From contig MU058444.1 in the NCBI GenBank assembly GCA_013265495.1, forward strand, positions 1,922,001-1,986,000: 64,000 nt of DNA, written 5' to 3'. The stretch's first letter is position 1; every line of letters starts with the position of its first letter. A program made the translations under genes and the position numbers. Below the pieces are notes generated by a model, which saw nothing but the letters and a program-made list of their open reading frames with translations, was not told the origin of the DNA and searched no databases. Below are positions 61,979-64,000 of this stretch, piece by piece. The stretch is from Vicugna vicugna. Its lineage: Eukaryota.

Positions 61979-62860
61979 TCATATTTAGGGATCCCCTCCC
62001 AGCCCCAGTCACAGTGATTCTAATCAAATATGTGATTATTTGGTGCCTTTGGCTGTCATTTGACAGACATTTCTTTAAAAGAATGTATGGTTGACTTTCA
62101 ACTGAATGTAAATAATCTGATACATGACTTAATCCTGGCAAATCTTATATCACCTAAGTATCTCATCCCCACAGATAAGCCATTAAAAAAAACCGAGCAC
62201 ACTGAATGATAATCATGACTGAATGATAAAGATACACGTACCTTTTGAAAATGACAGATAACTTTCTGCGTCCCTCAGCATCCCCGACCCCTGCACCGAT
62301 AACTTAAAGATTATGTCTCATTTCTGGGGCAGAAATAAATGAACCAGACATTCAGAAGGACCTTGGCCTTAGTGAACACTCAATACACATTCTTTTCATT
62401 TAAGCGATTGTCTTGCAAATGACACGGCCTCCCTCTCTCCCCTCAAGGGGGTTATGTAACATTTCTTGCCCAAATTGTATCTAGAAGCCAAAGCACACCA
62501 TCACCTTTCAAAGAAACATTGCTTAGGTCTGGGTATAATCTCCTGTACTGCACTCTCCCAGGGCAGAGAAGCAAAATTAAGTATGAGGAAGAGGAAAAAC
62601 AGAAAGGAGGTAAAAAAACAAAGGAGGTACAGGGCCTGCAGGTGTGTCTACGTTAAGCTGACACCAAAGAGCCATAACCTGTTTTCTCTGTTCACCCCTG
62701 CCTCTAGCGTCTTCCTGGAAACGCTGGGTCAAGACTAATTTTGGAGAGTCTGTAAGAAGCCCCAGTACCATCAGAAGTACATTTATTAAGAAGCAGTGTT
62801 AGTAGGTGATTGCTTCGATTAAAGGAGGCGGTTAGACTGCAAACTGGAGCCTTACGATAC

Positions 62861-62971
62861 CTCTGCAGATGACACGGTAAAGTCTGAGCACTCGGCTGGC
62901 TTACAGGGAGGTGACCCTTTGCTGTTGGTCAACCACGGTTTACCGTAATTGCGTGTTAAAGGATGGAGAAT
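62861..62971 (-). CDS. DST: Dystonin 111-nt symmetric (phase 0-0) exon, ILHPLTRNYGKPWLTNSKGSPPCKPAECSDFTVSSAE; likely a cassette exon
   Basis: Acceptor tccatacAG|ATT at 62973-62972, donor GAG|GTATCG at 62860. 37 codons with no stop. Matches the recalled DST segment ILHPLTRNYGKPWLTNSK. Confidence 0.93.
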
Positions 62972-63358
62972 CTGTATGGAACAACGGCAAATCAAACAAA
63001 CATGAAGGAGAGCAGGTGACAACCAAGGCAGCAGAGAGAGACATTCATGGCCAAGAGTCACATTTCATGGGAAGACTAATAATGCAAAAAAAAAAAATCA
63101 ATGGAAAGGTTTGAGGGCAAATTGTATATATGCCAAAATACAAAAATAAAAAATAAATTGAAAAAAATGAAGCTTTAAAAAGAAAAACCAATCTGAAAAG
63201 TAACCAAAGCCCCTAAGGAGACAATCCCCAGGTGGGTCTCTCTCTAGACTGTAAATCCTTCCTTTGCCACATTGTGAGGAGGAGCGCATTTGGAGAAAGC
63301 GGGTCCCCCAGCTCGAGGATGCTGGGGCCTTCGGGGGCGGCGGGGAGGGCACGCCTAC

Positions 63359-63549
63359 CTTGGGTGTGCTGGTGGCAGGGACCTGCGGGGAGGCCGCCTG
63401 GCCGGACACCGACGTCGACCGGCTGGGCGAGGCTCCCCGCGACGAGGGCCGCGATCTCCGGCCGCGGGGTCGGAAGGCCGCCATGCCCTGAGTGGTTCCA
63501 TCCGCCAGGATGAACTTCTCTCGCAGCTCCACGTTGGTCCTGCCTTTGG
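63359..63549 (-). CDS. DST: Dystonin coding exon (4th from last; post-GAS2 linker, (A)[63 protein letters not shown])
   Basis: Translation matches the spectraplakin [13 protein letters not shown] motif. Acceptor ...catgcAG|CC at 63551-63550 (phase 1), donor AAG|GTAGGC at 63358. Length 191 nt = 2 nt + 63 codons. Confidence 0.96.
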
Positions 63550-64000
63550 CTGCATGGCGTCACCCACAACAAGGCACCCGGACGAGAGAAAAAGAGAAGG
63601 GGGAGAGACAGGCGCTCAGCCGCGGGCGGGGGGACCCCCCCACCACCCGGCCGCACAGACCACGGGGCGGGTTCCAAGGACACCCTCTCTGCCATGCCAA
63701 CTCCCTCAGCGGAACAAAAAAAATCAAATGCATTCCTGGACAATGCATTCCTTTTGGCGACAAGTCAGTCCGGGAGGGAAAAAAAAATAAAGTTGTGTTT
63801 ATTCTAACACTAGACGCCAGCAAGGATAACCACTATTAAAGAGTCAGCGAGCGTGACGATGAGAAAGAAGCTCATGCTGAGATACTGTTAATGCACCCGC
63901 CGCGGATGCCTGCTCGGTTTCGCCACCCTGTCCCCACCCCGAGGGGACAAGCCAGTAAGGCTGGGGCTGTGTCTTTTGCATGTCCTACTGAGGTGCGGGG

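Noticed and set aside
58435..63549. MACF1 as the gene identity
   Set aside because: The terminal sequence [13 protein letters not shown]...KLDKSSKR and the [19 protein letters not shown] exon are DST-type. MACF1 ends differently (DLLETQSACSD...PGPKR, from memory).

Overview
This is mammalian genomic DNA, very probably camelid (alpaca/camel), judged from five tRNA-Ala-derived Vic-1-type SINEs and lineage-type L1 3' ends. The right end (about 57.4-63.5 kb, minus strand) holds the last four coding exons and the 3' UTR of dystonin (DST/BPAG1): the post-GAS2 linker, GSR repeats, SxIP EB-binding motif and stop codon, all with canonical GT-AG junctions and consistent phases. The remaining ~57 kb is repeat-rich sequence downstream of DST (towards COL21A1 by human synteny, which is recalled and not visible here). 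It contains a near full-length Tigger1, a ~7 kb decayed full-length L1 with a recognisable TSD, many truncated L1s, ERV/MaLR solo LTRs, MER5/MER20/MER53, MIR/L2 and microsatellites. I see no prokaryote-type system, CRISPR array or unknown protein-coding gene. The best leads are: an orphan CpG-rich patch built from ~44-bp CRE+GC-box repeats (25.1-25.6 kb), a strong non-coding candidate exon (18.7 kb), a candidate alternative or poison acceptor in the penultimate DST intron, apparent indels in the DST C-terminal tail, a CpG-retaining LTR with promoter motifs, and a 26-bp L1 5'-end scar inside Tigger1. Repeat family names and human protein comparisons are from memory and need confirmation with RepeatMasker/Dfam and BLAST.
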